A DNA stretch of 63,527 nucleotides, the filler included, from Octopus bimaculoides (taxonomy: Eukaryota), in NCBI RefSeq assembly GCF_001194135.2. It is 4 parts of 4 records of this genome, joined end to end, with 100 filler letters (N's around TTAATTAATTAA, not from the genome) between each part and the next. Parts side by side here need not be neighbours in the genome. Positions count along the whole stretch, not along the records: positions 1 to 28,517 come from NC_068983.1; 3 more parts are not named here. One strand, written 5' to 3'. This document shows, piece by piece, positions 1 through 11,910 of the stretch (position 1 is its first letter; the number at the start of each line of letters is the position of its first letter). The notes below the pieces were generated by a model. That model saw only the letters and a program-made list of their open reading frames with translations, did no database searches and was not told the DNA's origin. The translations under genes were made by a program, and so were the position numbers.

Positions 1-574
1 ATATATATAATGCCGCAACTATATTAATATGTCACACTTATTGTTAGCGAGGAAATTACTATATAAATACATGAGCCAATTCCAATGGAGATTATATGAG
101 TTGTTGCTCTCCAACTCGACTGTGAAAAAAATAGTATCATATTTATTTGAGGGTGATAAATGATGTAATAGTTACTCAGTAATTAGGTTTTGCGCCGGTT
201 GAACTAAGATTAGATGCATTAAAACCGTACCATCAAGTCCTAGTTAAATTGCAACATTCAATTTTAAACATTCAGGCATATGTTACTAGTGGTGACGACT
301 AAGGGTTTCTCGATCGTTCGATAGTGTACCAATAATTAAATTGGGATTATTTTGCAAATCTATATCGAAACAGACAATTTTGATTAACAACGCAGTACTT
401 CAACATACATTATGATACATCCACATTTCTCTCAACAAGAACATACTCAAAGCTAGCTGTTATAATCCATAAACAAAATTGAGTTGAATCAGTATGGCTG
501 AGTTGAATCAGTATGGTGTAAAACAAAATTTTTTGATGTGCTCTACGAAAAGTGTTATTGATGAAATCGAATGT

Positions 575-790
575 TGGTTTCAAATTTTGGCACCAGTTCG
601 ATAAATTCAAAGAAAAGAGCAAGTTGATTACATCGACTCCGGTTTTCAACTGGTACGTATTTAATTGACCCCGAAGGAAAAACAAATCGATAGTGCTGGC
701 ATTTGACCTCAGCATATATATTTGCAATAAAATGTCCCCAGAAAGGTTTCCAGCACGCTGATCAGTCTTCCACCTCGTCACTTTATTTTA
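575..790 (-). mobile_element. tRNA-derived SINE family A, degenerate copy
   Basis: Reverse-complement match to the copies at 1929 and 21672 (ggtttcaaattttggcac...gattacatcgac...ctggtac...gaccccgaagg). Confidence 0.7.
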
Positions 791-1928
791 AAGAGTCGGA
801 TATTGAAGTAGTTATTTTTAATATGTAACATTTCTCTCTAAACCATCATTCAGAATATATTATAACATGAAACTTAACGTGTGAAGAAACATGTTTGTTT
901 CAGTAATTTGAGATTGAAATGCGTAATGCAAAGAAAAACTTTTCAATGAACGAAAAGTATAGCAATAGTAAAGATTAATTTAGACATAGAAAACTGAACA
1001 CGGCCAATGTCTTCTAAATGTCATTGGATTGATTCTCTAGATTTCTGTAAACCGTGAATTATTATTACCAATTGGCAGTTGTTATTGTGCTTTTCGAATG
1101 TGCATCCTTGTTTATTTTGTTTCCTAAATTAATATTATCTCTATATTGGCCTAAACAATGAATCATACGCACGCAATTATTTATGCACACAATAAAATGA
1201 GGAAGTCGGCCAAAAGAGTAGAAATACAAAAGAACTATAGTATTAAACATAAAAAAGAACAATTAGTGTGTGAATCAAGTTAGTTCGAGAAATAGGGGAG
1301 AGCAACTTTAAAACATACAGTGCTATATAAAAAGAAACGTCTACATATATAAAATACCCAGCTACTTTAGAGCTAATAAGAAAATTTTAAACTGCACATT
1401 AACATTAAATTTTCTAACAAACAGAATCAATAAAAGAAATCTGGATTTTTCCAACTGACGTTGACACGCCAAGAAATCACATAGGAAAAATCGAAGGACT
1501 TCAAACATAAGCTGGTAACCCTAAATATATCACAAGAAGAACAAAGCATCAAACACTTACATCTCGATCAGGGGACTCCGTTAATGTTTTTTTTTTTTTA
1601 ATTAAGGCCATTTAAATAATTACCAGGAACGCTTTAATTTTGCTACACTTTCATTTCTTGAGACATCCTCTGATATGAGAGAGTTTGATGTTGCTCGCGA
1701 GGTAGATTCATCCGGAACACACTACTGGAGGAGATAAGAAATATATTTGGGGAAGATTGAAAATGCATCAAGTTTTTATATACATATATTTTTTTGTTTA
1801 ATTAGAAATAGCTTAACGTTTTAACATTAGGGGAAACTAGTTTTATGTTATGATCAAATATGGAAATAGAAGTATAGTAAAACGATTTAACGGAATTAAT
1901 GCTTTTCCGTTTATATTTGCTCAAATTA

Positions 1929-2100
1929 AGGCGGCGAGCTAGCAGAAACGTTATCACGACGGGCGAAATGCTTAGCGGTATTTCATATCTTCACGTTCTG
2001 CGTTCAAATTCCGCCAAAGTCGACTTTGCCTTTCATCCTTTCGGGGTCGATAAATTGAGTACCAGTTGCGTACTGAGGTCAATCTAGTCGACTGGCCCCC
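1929..2100 (+). mobile_element. tRNA-derived SINE family A (head GGCGGCGAGCT(A/G)GCAGAA)
   Basis: A-box-like tagcagaaacgtta, B-box gttcaaattcc, core gtcgactttgcctttcatcctttcggggtcgataaa. About 10 copies in the window. Confidence 0.85.
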
Positions 2101-2136
2101 TAAGTATATCAGAGCCCCACCCATGCCAGCTTCGTT

Positions 2137-3347
2137 TCAAACTCTCTCTATGATGTAGCGCATAAGATGGAGGTTATCGTGAATACTGGTTGGGATGGCA
2201 CATGTTTGCGCCTCGCCAACCAGCTTGTCCACGACAAGCGCCAACCTCTTGGCTAACACCTTGGCCAAAACCTTCAACTCTGCATTGAGAAGAGTGAAAG
2301 GCCTGAAATTGTCTATAACGTCCTCCTTGTTGGGGTCCTTTCTCAGCAGTTCCACCTCCCCTCGACAGAAAAAAGTGGGAATTCTCCCGCTCTGCTGCCA
2401 TTTGCAGTAGACGTTTGCTAAGAGGCCCGTAAACAAGTCTGGCATCGAAGTATAAAGCTCGTAGGGAAGACCATCCAAACCTGGCGATCTACATCTCGGG
2501 CAAATCTTCATCACGTCCTGTATCTCCGCGGCTGTTATCGGCCTTTTACAGCACTCCGCCTCGCTCGCCGAGAGTTGTGGCAGGCCGCCCAGGTAGACAC
2601 CAAAATCTGCCCTGACATCCATCCGACCATTCGTCTCGAACAGCCGAGCAAAATGCCACTAAATGGCCGCACACATCTATTTCAGCTTGAGCTTCACGCA
2701 TTTGCTCTGGTCCACCAAAGAGCGAATGGTGGTTTTATTGCCACTTTTCGCCTCCACCACGCGGGCCCATCGAGACGCTTTCTTTCCCTCCCCATTTAGT
2801 GAACGTGCCTTAGCTCTGACAACACAGCCCTTGTGTTCGGCGTCGAAAAATTGGTCGAGGGCTTTTGCACCCACCTTTTCTACCATATACTCCTACGCAG
2901 TCGAAACGTCCTTCTAAGACCGCGTCCCAGTCCCCTACTAATACTAAAGTTCGAGTCGTTCTTAGGAAAACCTCCTGACGCTTGAAATAATCAGACCACC
3001 CTGCACCTGTTGGAGCGTAGGCAGCCACCAGTCTGAAAGCACCGTCGTCACTGCTGTTTACATCTAGGACCACCAACTTACCTTCTCCTTCCAAGAAGAC
3101 TCTTTATTTTTAAATCCAGACTCTTCCGGAAAAGAACCACAGTACCACCACCGCCCCATCCCGGTCGACACTAACACAGAAAAATCTCGTATCCAGTGAA
3201 AAAGTTGATGAACTCCTATGTGTCGGATAGTTTGGATTCACTAATGGCTGCAACATCTACACTAAGGGACTTCAGATCATTTAAAATGTGACCTTGTTTC
3301 CAAGGCGACCCGAGGCCCCTGACATTGATAGAACCTATTCTGAGCAT
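2137..3347 (-). pseudogene. L1/Tx1 ORF2 remnant (APE endonuclease plus start of reverse transcriptase)
   Basis: MLRIGSINVRGL..., ISESKL, RLVAAYAP, LVLVGDWDAVL, CVVRAKAR, SPGLDGLPYELY, NFRPFTLLNAELKVLAKVLAKRL, QTCAIP..IHDNLHLMR. Broken by frameshifts and stops; ends near RT domain 2. Confidence 0.9.
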
Positions 3348-3499
3348 CAACATTGTAAAATAGACTTTGGACGGAGAAGAGGTCTACTTATCGTAGTTGT
3401 CTGGCAGGAGTTTCCCTCTAGTCTTTGTTGTGGATATTTCCATGAGATTTTTGTACAGTCTTTTCGAAAATCGTTTTTGAAATGCCCCAGCAGCATTTG

Positions 3500-5157
3500 G
3501 AAAGTTAATTTTTAATGTGTTGTAGGTGTCGTGCTTTAGTTTTAGAATTTCTATGTGTAGTAGTGGTGTATTGTGTGTTGGAAAGACAGTCTTCCATTGT
3601 GGTGTCTATTTTTTTCTGATGTTGTCGGTGTCGATGGCTGTGACTTTGGTAGTGTTTGCGCAGTCTGCTTGTATCGGTGTCTGAGGTGGTAGTGCTGGTG
3701 GGGGTCTTGCTGTTTTTGGTTGCAGTGTGTGCGTGTTGTTGCTGTTGGGAATTTCCTCCTGTTTGCACCTCCCTCTCTTTTCTTCTACTGTCGTTTCTTT
3801 TCCTTTTTTTAGGGTAACTATTTGCCACTCCCCCTTCTAGACCTCAATACTAGAACAGTCCGAGTTGTTTTGGTCGGGAAGGGGGATATTCTCTGGCTGT
3901 TCATTTTGCTGGGGTTCATTTCTCGCTGCTTCTACTGCTACAGTAGTTGTTGGTGGTTGTGTTACTGCTACTGGTGGTGGTGGCACTCCGACTGGTGGTG
4001 GTTGTACTCCGACTTGTGGTGGTGGTGGAGGTGGCACTCCGACTGGTGGTGGTAGTGGTGTTATTCTGGCTGGTGGTGTTGGTACTCTCTCCGGTGTTGT
4101 TAGTGTTGGTGGTGCCCTGGCGACGGCTGGAGGCGGCGTCGCTGTTGCTGTCGGTGATGGAGTTAATTTCTGCTGCTGCTGTTCTTGCTGCTACTGCACA
4201 GAAGTGTCCCCGCTTCTGTTGTCGCTTGCAGCTTTCATCGCAATTCTTTGTGTTTGGGGCACTACCCTTGAGATGCTGATCGTTTCCACAAAAGTAGCCG
4301 TTCGGACGCCTGCCCTCCACGGCCACTTCTAGTCTCGTGCCGTCCGGTAGGTTTATAGAGTCAGGTATGAAATATAATGCTTCTTGTTCAATTTGAACGT
4401 GCAGCTGCAATCCTTGACCCTTCCAGTTTTGTTGTCCAATTTATGCACCTCCAGTATTGTGGCGGTAACCTCTATATCAAAGAAGACAGCCGCCACCAAC
4501 CATATATTTATTTCGGGAGCACCTCCTCATTTTTTTTTATTTTTGTAACGCGCTGACCTAGGTTTTTGGCAAGAGCAGCAATTCTTCTGTTTTAGGGGCA
4601 TTGTGGAATGCTGTTCTGTTTCTTCCACTGTTGCAAAACGCACTTCCGCAATGCCGAAGCGTCTTCCTCGTGTCACATAGGTTTTCCAGTTCCGTATATG
4701 TTTTAATGCTATTTCATTTGCTGTTGCATTGCTCGTTCCACTCTCTGTTTTTTAATATCTAATGTTCCATAGATTACCGTTTTTTCTGCGTTTCATCTAT
4801 CAGTTGTTGTTGGGTGTTAAGGAAAATATTCTTCCTTCCTTAACAAACCCTTAACATTTTTTAAATCGTCAATAGTTAAATGAATTAATTGCTTGGCATG
4901 TTTCGCCACCGCTGAGGCGTAACTGTTGCCGCTTGGTTTGTCATTGTTCTTCTTGTTTGACTCTTCCTTTTCGTTTGTCTTTACTGTGTTCATGTCGGTG
5001 ATGACGTTGGATGCGTTTTCTTCGCTTACTTTTTCTTTTCCATGTTAGTCTTGGTGCTGTTCGTGATGTTCGTACTTGTGTTGTTCAGAGGCGGGAAATC
5101 TTGGCTGTCCTAGCCGCCAGAGTAGCCACAGCCACTCCCCTCGACAGAAGAAGCCAT
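3500..5157 (-). pseudogene. L1/Tx1 ORF1 (gag-like) remnant with degenerate CCHC knuckle and Thr/Pro/Gln-rich tail
   Basis: ATG at 5157 (MASSVEGSG...), WKTYVTRGRRFGIAEVRFAT, IPDSINLPDGTRLEVAVEGRRPNGYFCGNDQHLKG; frameshifted. Confidence 0.7.
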
Positions 5158-5461
5158 TCTATTCCTCGTCAGATGAAAAAAACAAAATATTTTTAATTAA
5201 CAAAAAGTCTAAAATTCACCCATAAAAGGGGGAAAATTTTCAACAAATGAACCCATTCTGCACACCAAAAGGGTTTCCGAAAACAAAAACATACAAACAA
5301 AACAGTCAAGAAACTTGAAAAGGTCACAAAAATTCCAAACTCACGGAGCACTGGGTAGTCATGATGGGTATACTGGGTTTCGTAAATTTCACCCCGCTAT
5401 CATGTTGATGGCATGCACTGCTCTCTCATTCAATAATAAAAGTAATAATAATGATTATAAT

Positions 5462-5650
5462 TTTTGGCACAAGACTAACAATTTCTGGGGAGGAGTAAGT
5501 CAATCGCATCGACCCCAGCGCTCAATTGATACTTAGTTTATCAACCCTGAAATGATGAGTGGCAAAGCCAACCTCGGCGCAATTTGAAGTCAGAAGGTAA
5601 AGACGGACGAATTGTAATTTGTCTGGCATACTAACAAATCTGCTAGCTCA
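5462..5650 (-). mobile_element. SINE family A copy
   Basis: Similarity to the 21672-21905 copy. Confidence 0.7.
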
Positions 5651-5704
5651 CTGAATAATTTGTGTATGTATGTATGCATACACACATGATTATATTAACT
5701 ATCT

Positions 5705-6040
5705 AGATAGTGAATGGTGGGGACAGAGCGGAAAAAGTAGGAGGGAGTTTTTATTGATTCTAACTTGGCGAGAATATCTTAAGTCTTACTTCATAGAAGC
5801 GAGATTGAAATATATATATTATGAGAAGTGGATGTGTTTTTTGGTATTTATCAAGGAGAGAAGAGGAAAGAAAGAGATAGGAGTGAGATTCAATGAGTCT
5901 ATCATAGCCGGGGTAGAATTGTGAGATATATCAGTAGGAAGAGTTATTTCATCATTGGTAAACGATACTGAGAGATGTTTGATGTATTTTCCAGAGCAGT
6001 GTATGAAATTTACTGATATGTGTACATTTGTGAGTGATTC
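5705..6040 (-). mobile_element. Possible CR1/Jockey-group LINE 3' remnant
   Basis: Minus-strand sequence resembles a degenerate LINE C-terminus and 3' UTR; weak. Confidence 0.3.
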
Positions 6041-7789
6041 AATTAAGTATAACATTATATATAATATATTAAATATAACATATTAAATGTGGATTACCAA
6101 TAATAGTAAAATACTATCGAATATGTTTCATGTTCAATGAATACAAATCTCCTGTTGTATCTTGCATCACTCCAAAAAGGCATATTTAGTGCTACATATA
6201 TCACTTCATTTTAATTTTATTTTACAACTTTCAGATTGTATCTTGTTATATTTGTATATTGCCTTCGAATGTGTAGCGCAAAGACTTTGGCCGTCGATGT
6301 TATTGAAAAGTAAATACTTTAGTAAATACCAAATAATTAAGTCTCGTGAATTTAATATAATTTAAAACATTAAAAATGAATAAAAAATTGCTAAATCTGA
6401 TTTCCATAGTCGCCAACGCTGTCCATAATACAATGTCTATATTTTCCAGAAAACGTTTGTAACAGGAATATAAATTAACCATGAAAGCATGACAGTTTAT
6501 AATTGCAGTGATTCATCTCTACAAGAGTTCATTCTAAATATAACCGGTCGAAAAAATCTGGCGCTGCATTGAATATCACTGATAAACATTACAAATATGA
6601 AAATCGAAAGGAGAGAAATTACATATGATATGTTTTCGCAAAGAATTCATATAAATTCTAGGACTAATTGCCAAGTTGTTATTGATCTTATCGATTCACA
6701 AACGCCCGACAAAATTATGCTTCATCTTACTTTTAAATTACTCGGTCACATTTTCGCCATCGTGGATTTAATAAATAGATGTTTTAATGGTCTTAGAATA
6801 AGCGTATTTGCATTATTCATTTAAATAAATTAAGCATAAGTTTAATATTATAATACTTTTGAATATTAGTAAGGTATTTTGATTGAGCTATATTCAAGTG
6901 TGTAGATGCAGTGTAATCGAATACTTAGAAGGAGTGTTCACAACCAAAAGGTTTCTGTTTCGATTCCACTGCAGGACATCTTGAGCATCAATTATTTTCT
7001 AAAGCCTTGTGTTGACCCGCAACGTGCAAGTTAAACTGAGTGAATGAATATATAAGGCCATCATTTACAAACATTCAGTATAATGCGTTCAATTAATGAA
7101 AGCTATCCATTTCACATTCTCTGGAGCCATTAATGCGGAATGTGAGGTTTCGAGTGGCACCCTGCCAGAACTAAGATGGTAGGCATCTGCGCCTGCATAT
7201 GTCGACGAGGTCGGCGTAAGAGTATCGGACCTCATTCAGGTCGATATGAACTTGAGCAAAGTGACAAGCCAGTGTGGTTATTCATCCCCAGAAGTACATC
7301 GAAAAGGAAACTATATCTGAAAGGTACGGCGGAGATGGAAAAGTCTACATTGCGTAATCTCTGCTTCATTGCTTATCAAACCGGAGCACTTGTGGTCTAT
7401 AACATATTGTACCATAAAGTACTGGAACTGATCCCAGATTTTTTCTAAAACGTAGACTTGGGAACCCTGCTTCACTCGCTGAACAGAGGGACTACCAGAT
7501 TGAGATCTGAGGAGATCAACTCTTTTGATATTTATTTACTATCGTCTATTTTATTTTTTTCTCGTAATTATCGCGTCGTCAATGCCCGTTAAAAGATTCG
7601 ATAAGGAAAACGCACGTAACTCATATACTACTACCAATTTCTTGAGAAAGCATACGTAGAGAATCAACAAGGAAAACAAGAACACAGCAAGACAACTGCT
7701 ACAACAACAACAACAGCAAGGAAGACAAATTAAGAGGTGAGAGTGATTCTATAGACATACGATCATTTTCTGGTATTGAGTTCAAAACA

Positions 7790-7980
7790 ATTCGAACTAA
7801 ACGTCAATATGGCACCTCAATATGGCGAAACAGCTTGCGATGCTGAATGAGGAGAGAGCGCAAGTTGCTCTCGTAGAAAAGGTTTCGGCTGTAACTACCA
7901 GGGAAACGGCGGGGTATCATTGTACGTGAGCAAAACACCAACGCTTAGAGGCAGACACACACCTAGATGTGAAGAACCTT
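7790..7980 (+). mobile_element. Possible APE-endonuclease remnant of a LINE
   Basis: LNEERAQVALVEK ... GNGGVSLYVSK resembles the early APE motifs; heavily decayed. Confidence 0.3.
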
Positions 7981-8049
7981 AAAATAAATATTGTCATTGT
8001 TATACGTGAATTATTTAACCGAGGGTAGTTAATTGTTGAGGGTGCAGCA

Positions 8050-8500
8050 CTTCATAGCTCTCTTACACGATAAGAGGAAAGATCAGTCACCTCAATTTAG
8101 AGAGAATTCCATCATAGTTAGACTTCTGGTGTTTGTTGGCCTGCGTAAATTTGAAAGCCATCGATACCCTCCTCCACGGGAAATGTGCGGTAACAGAGTT
8201 TTCGTTTGGAACACATGGACATTCTCCTCTAAATCAAACCCGATGAAAAGGTCCTACATGTTATACATCTGTACAAAGGTGTGGCGTTCTATGTTGTGGT
8301 TGACAGCGGAAGGCTAAGATGCAAATTGTGTGAGCAGAAGTTTATTTCAGAGCTTTCTATACTCAACCTCTTATTGGAGAGAGCAGGCCCCGGCTATTAC
8401 CTAAACCATAGTCCCAACAATAACAACAAAATGCAGTATCAGAAACAGCAAAGAAAACGAGAGAAACATCAGCATCAGCAAAATCTACAAAAGTAGCAAC
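8050..8500 (+). mobile_element. LINE ORF1 remnant homologous to 3500-5157
   Basis: YTIRGKISHLNLERIPS..FWCLLAC and VIHLYKGVAFYVVVDSGRLRCKLC align by eye with the ORF1 segments LGQRVTKIK..IWLVAA and SINLPDGTRLEVAVEGRRPNxYFC. Confidence 0.55.
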
Positions 8501-10440
8501 AGAAAGACCAGCAATATGAAATCGACACTCAAACTAAAGAACTAAATTCCATCACTCAGATAAACCATCAGCCTACTCACGCTTTATTACCCACCCTCTC
8601 TTCTTGCCTTAATACAAACACACGCACATAGGATACATGAGAAGTATACCTCAAACTACACCTGAATCAGATCATTAAATAAATTACAAAAAGTAAAATT
8701 TAAACAGAAAAATCTGCAAATCTTCTGATCACAGCGCACAATCTTAACAACATCACCCAAATCCACCCATATGAAACAGACAAATTAACCACTAAAATCA
8801 CAAAATACCGGCTCGACAAAACGAATACGTACACAATATCAGCAGCAGCGCAAACACAGACATTGACAAAACGCACAAAGCCCAAGATTTGTGCTGATAA
8901 GGTGCACTGGTAAACCTGATGACATTCATGGTACAATAGGAAAATATTGAAACTCGGGAAGAGGTCTCTAAGTCCATCTCTTTCAATGCTGAATTTGAAT
9001 GCTTGGAAGATATTAAAGAAAAATATACCCAATAATGTGCAAAGATCTGAATTCAAAGGCCAGCTGTATGCAATTAAATGACTTACCAAAACTGCTTCAA
9101 TATTTCATGGAGACGGTGTCATTCGATTTCCGAATTCAAAGAAAGTGCAAGTATACCATTTCGTTATTCTTTCTTAGATTTCGACTGCGTGCTTTTACAC
9201 ACAAGTGGGATGTATAAATGCACGTGACTGAGAATCCTCCGGAAGCAGTGTCACCTACTCACTAACCTCAGTTGGCAACTTTTTCATATGACTCATTGCC
9301 GAGAACAGCATTTCTAACAAGCGCATCTTACAGCCCATTTGTGGTGACTTTGATATCGACGCATCGCTAACTCACCCCGAAATGGTTGAGGACGCGCTGG
9401 CGCTGCTATTTCCGATAATCATGTTTATACTTGTATTGATACTAATATTTAACATAGTGTCATGTTAGTTGAATTTAACAAGTGTAAAACAACTGTGGTA
9501 AGTGTGGTTGTGAACGGTATTTTGCTCTATTCTGTAGTCTGTGTCTGTTAAGCTTTCTGTGTTGGCTTGTGTATATCCAGAGAGAAAATATAGGTGAAGT
9601 AACAAATAATTACCCGATAATAATAGCAATTGTTACTTTTGTGAATTTGCTCATTTGCCGTGAGCTTTAATTGCCACTTAAACGAAATTATCATAGCATA
9701 AATCTAATGACTATAATATCTATGATTTTAGATTAATACCTACTTATGGTGTAGAATTATATTCATATATTCATATGTGTGTGAGTGTGTGTATGTGTGC
9801 GTGTTTGTGTGTATGCGTGTGTGTGAGAGAGTGAGAGTGTATTTGTGTGTGTCTGTGTGTGTGCGCGTACACACACCCACACATACATACACACACACAC
9901 CCACCCACACATACATACACACACACACCCACACATACATACACACACACACACCCACACATACATACACACACATATTCATTCATTTACATATTTCCTG
10001 CCTCACCACTAGTTTCCATCCGCAATCGAAGTTGCTGAAGTAGTTATAAAATGAATCTCTGACTAAATATCCAGGGTTAAATATTTATTTGGACACGAGC
10101 ATAGAATGTTTGCAAAATCAGAGAAACATGGCATTGACTGATATCATTATTTTTGTTATTGCAAGATTCTTTGTTGTTGGTGTTTCAATTGTTTGACTAA
10201 ATTTCTTATTACTTTTCATGCAGGTGTTCAATGACATGTATGTATAGTGCAAGCAATTTATTTTCCTATATTGATAGTTACCTGCTCTTTTGTATTTACT
10301 TCGTAATCTATTAGATAATAAATTGCTAAGTAGGAGCAAATATATAGTTTGCTTATACCGAATGATATGCTAAGTACACTTCCATATTTCCCGTAGACGT
10401 GCAAACAGAAATTGATTTAAAATATTTTTACCAGACAGAG

Positions 10441-10626
10441 AATTTCAGGAGGAGGATAAAACCGATTACATTGACCTCAATGCTGAAAGAGTACTTATAT
10501 TACCGACCCCGAGGGGTGGAAGGTAAAGTTGACTTCGATGGAATTTGAACCCAGAAGATAAAGACGGGCAAAAGGCTGCTCAACATTTTGCCTGGCTTGC
10601 TAATGATTCTGCCAGATCGTCGTCTT
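10441..10626 (-). mobile_element. SINE family A copy (another fragment at about 11110-11230)
   Basis: Similarity to other family A copies. Confidence 0.7.
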
Positions 10627-11640
10627 CGTTCAAACATATATTAGTATTTATTTATGCTCAAAAACAGTCTATTTCTTCTGAAATATAACTTTAATGCAAC
10701 GTAAAGCAAATACGTTTAGAGTAACCTACCAATTCTTTTCCATGTAAATCATCTCAGAATTACTTATTCAAATACGTTACTTTTTTTTTATTTTTCCATA
10801 TTTCAACAAGTAATCAATGCCTTCAAATACGTGCTTATCTAAAAAAAATTCAGACAGCCCACAACAATAACATCACAGAAGCGTTAATTTACTTCATAAA
10901 TGTATTAACCATTTCTAGACTTCTGAGATACATGTTACTGCATAACTCCAGGAAAGCGATTTTGTTTATGTTGCTATTTTACATATTCCATCGAAACTTA
11001 GTCCAAATGTACGTGATATGAAACATTTATCTAAGAATTAATGCCCCAATTTGGAACGGTATGAAATTGGGTTTTCAATTAAACACATTCATCATGAATT
11101 ATCCTTTCTATTCTGCCATAGGCACAAGGCCTGAAATTTGGGGGAGGAGGATAGTTGATGTCATCGAACCAGTGCGCAACTGGTACTTATTTCATCGAAA
11201 GGCAAAGTCGACCTCGGCGGACATCCGTCATAAATTATGCTGCTTTAGTAGTATTATTGTTAAAACTAACTTTGCTTATCATATAATATTCTCTGCAGCT
11301 GTCTCCTTTTTAATGTATTTAGTGGTGTTATAGATATACGTATGTGTGAGCAAGATGTGTATGTATACGGGTGTGAGTGTACACCATTGTCTGTATCAGT
11401 GCGTGGATGCTCTCATATGCGAGTCTCTATGTATTCTGTCAGCAATTATAAGGTCCATTTTCTCCTCAACATACGTCTATGGAAACATACAAATGCGTAA
11501 AAGGAATAGGACATAATACCGGTGTAAGAGGATTATATTCTGTTTACTCAAACTGACATTTCATATCCAGGTATGCAGTCTTCAGATAATTGAAAAGTTT
11601 TCCCTCATTAATACTTGTATACGTGCTTGAATACACATAT

Positions 11641-11910
11641 GCATACATACATACATACATGATGGCTGTCCCCTCGTTATTGAGTATGGCCATTTCACGA
11701 GGCTTAACTGGCAACGGTGCTGTGATCGAATGTTACTTTTTAGCCCAGCTAAAGATCTACGATGTCTTGGACAGACTTAGCAGCTAAAATCTTTACTGGC
11801 AATAGCTGGCTGTAGTTGTAACTGGGCTTTATATACCTTTGCGTGTCGTTCAAGTCCTCCCACTGAATCACACACTCTTCCACATACCCAACAGCGGCCT
11901 GGTAGTCAAT
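11641..11910 (-). mobile_element. RTE-type LINE 3' end with two C2H2-like fingers and a (TATG)n tail
   Basis: CWVCGRVCDSVGGLERHAKV and C*VCPRHRRSLAGLKSNIRSQH, then ...cgaggggacagccatc(atgt)n. Confidence 0.65.

Larger units (their letters stand above)
2100..5352 (-). mobile_element. L1/Tx1-clade non-LTR retrotransposon: 5' UTR, ORF1 and 5' part of ORF2; degenerate and 3'-truncated
   Basis: APE endonuclease and RT N-terminal motifs plus an upstream zinc-knuckle ORF1 on the same strand; GC content higher than the flanks. Confidence 0.9.

Noticed and set aside
1929-2010. tRNA gene calls from A/B-box sequences
   Set aside because: They are SINE heads continuing into SINE bodies; no cloverleaf or terminator.
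8917-8965. CTGATGA...GAAA hammerhead-like words (also 5166-5172 minus, 33156, 41746, about 50001)
   Set aside because: No closing stem II, or no GAAA and stem III in register.
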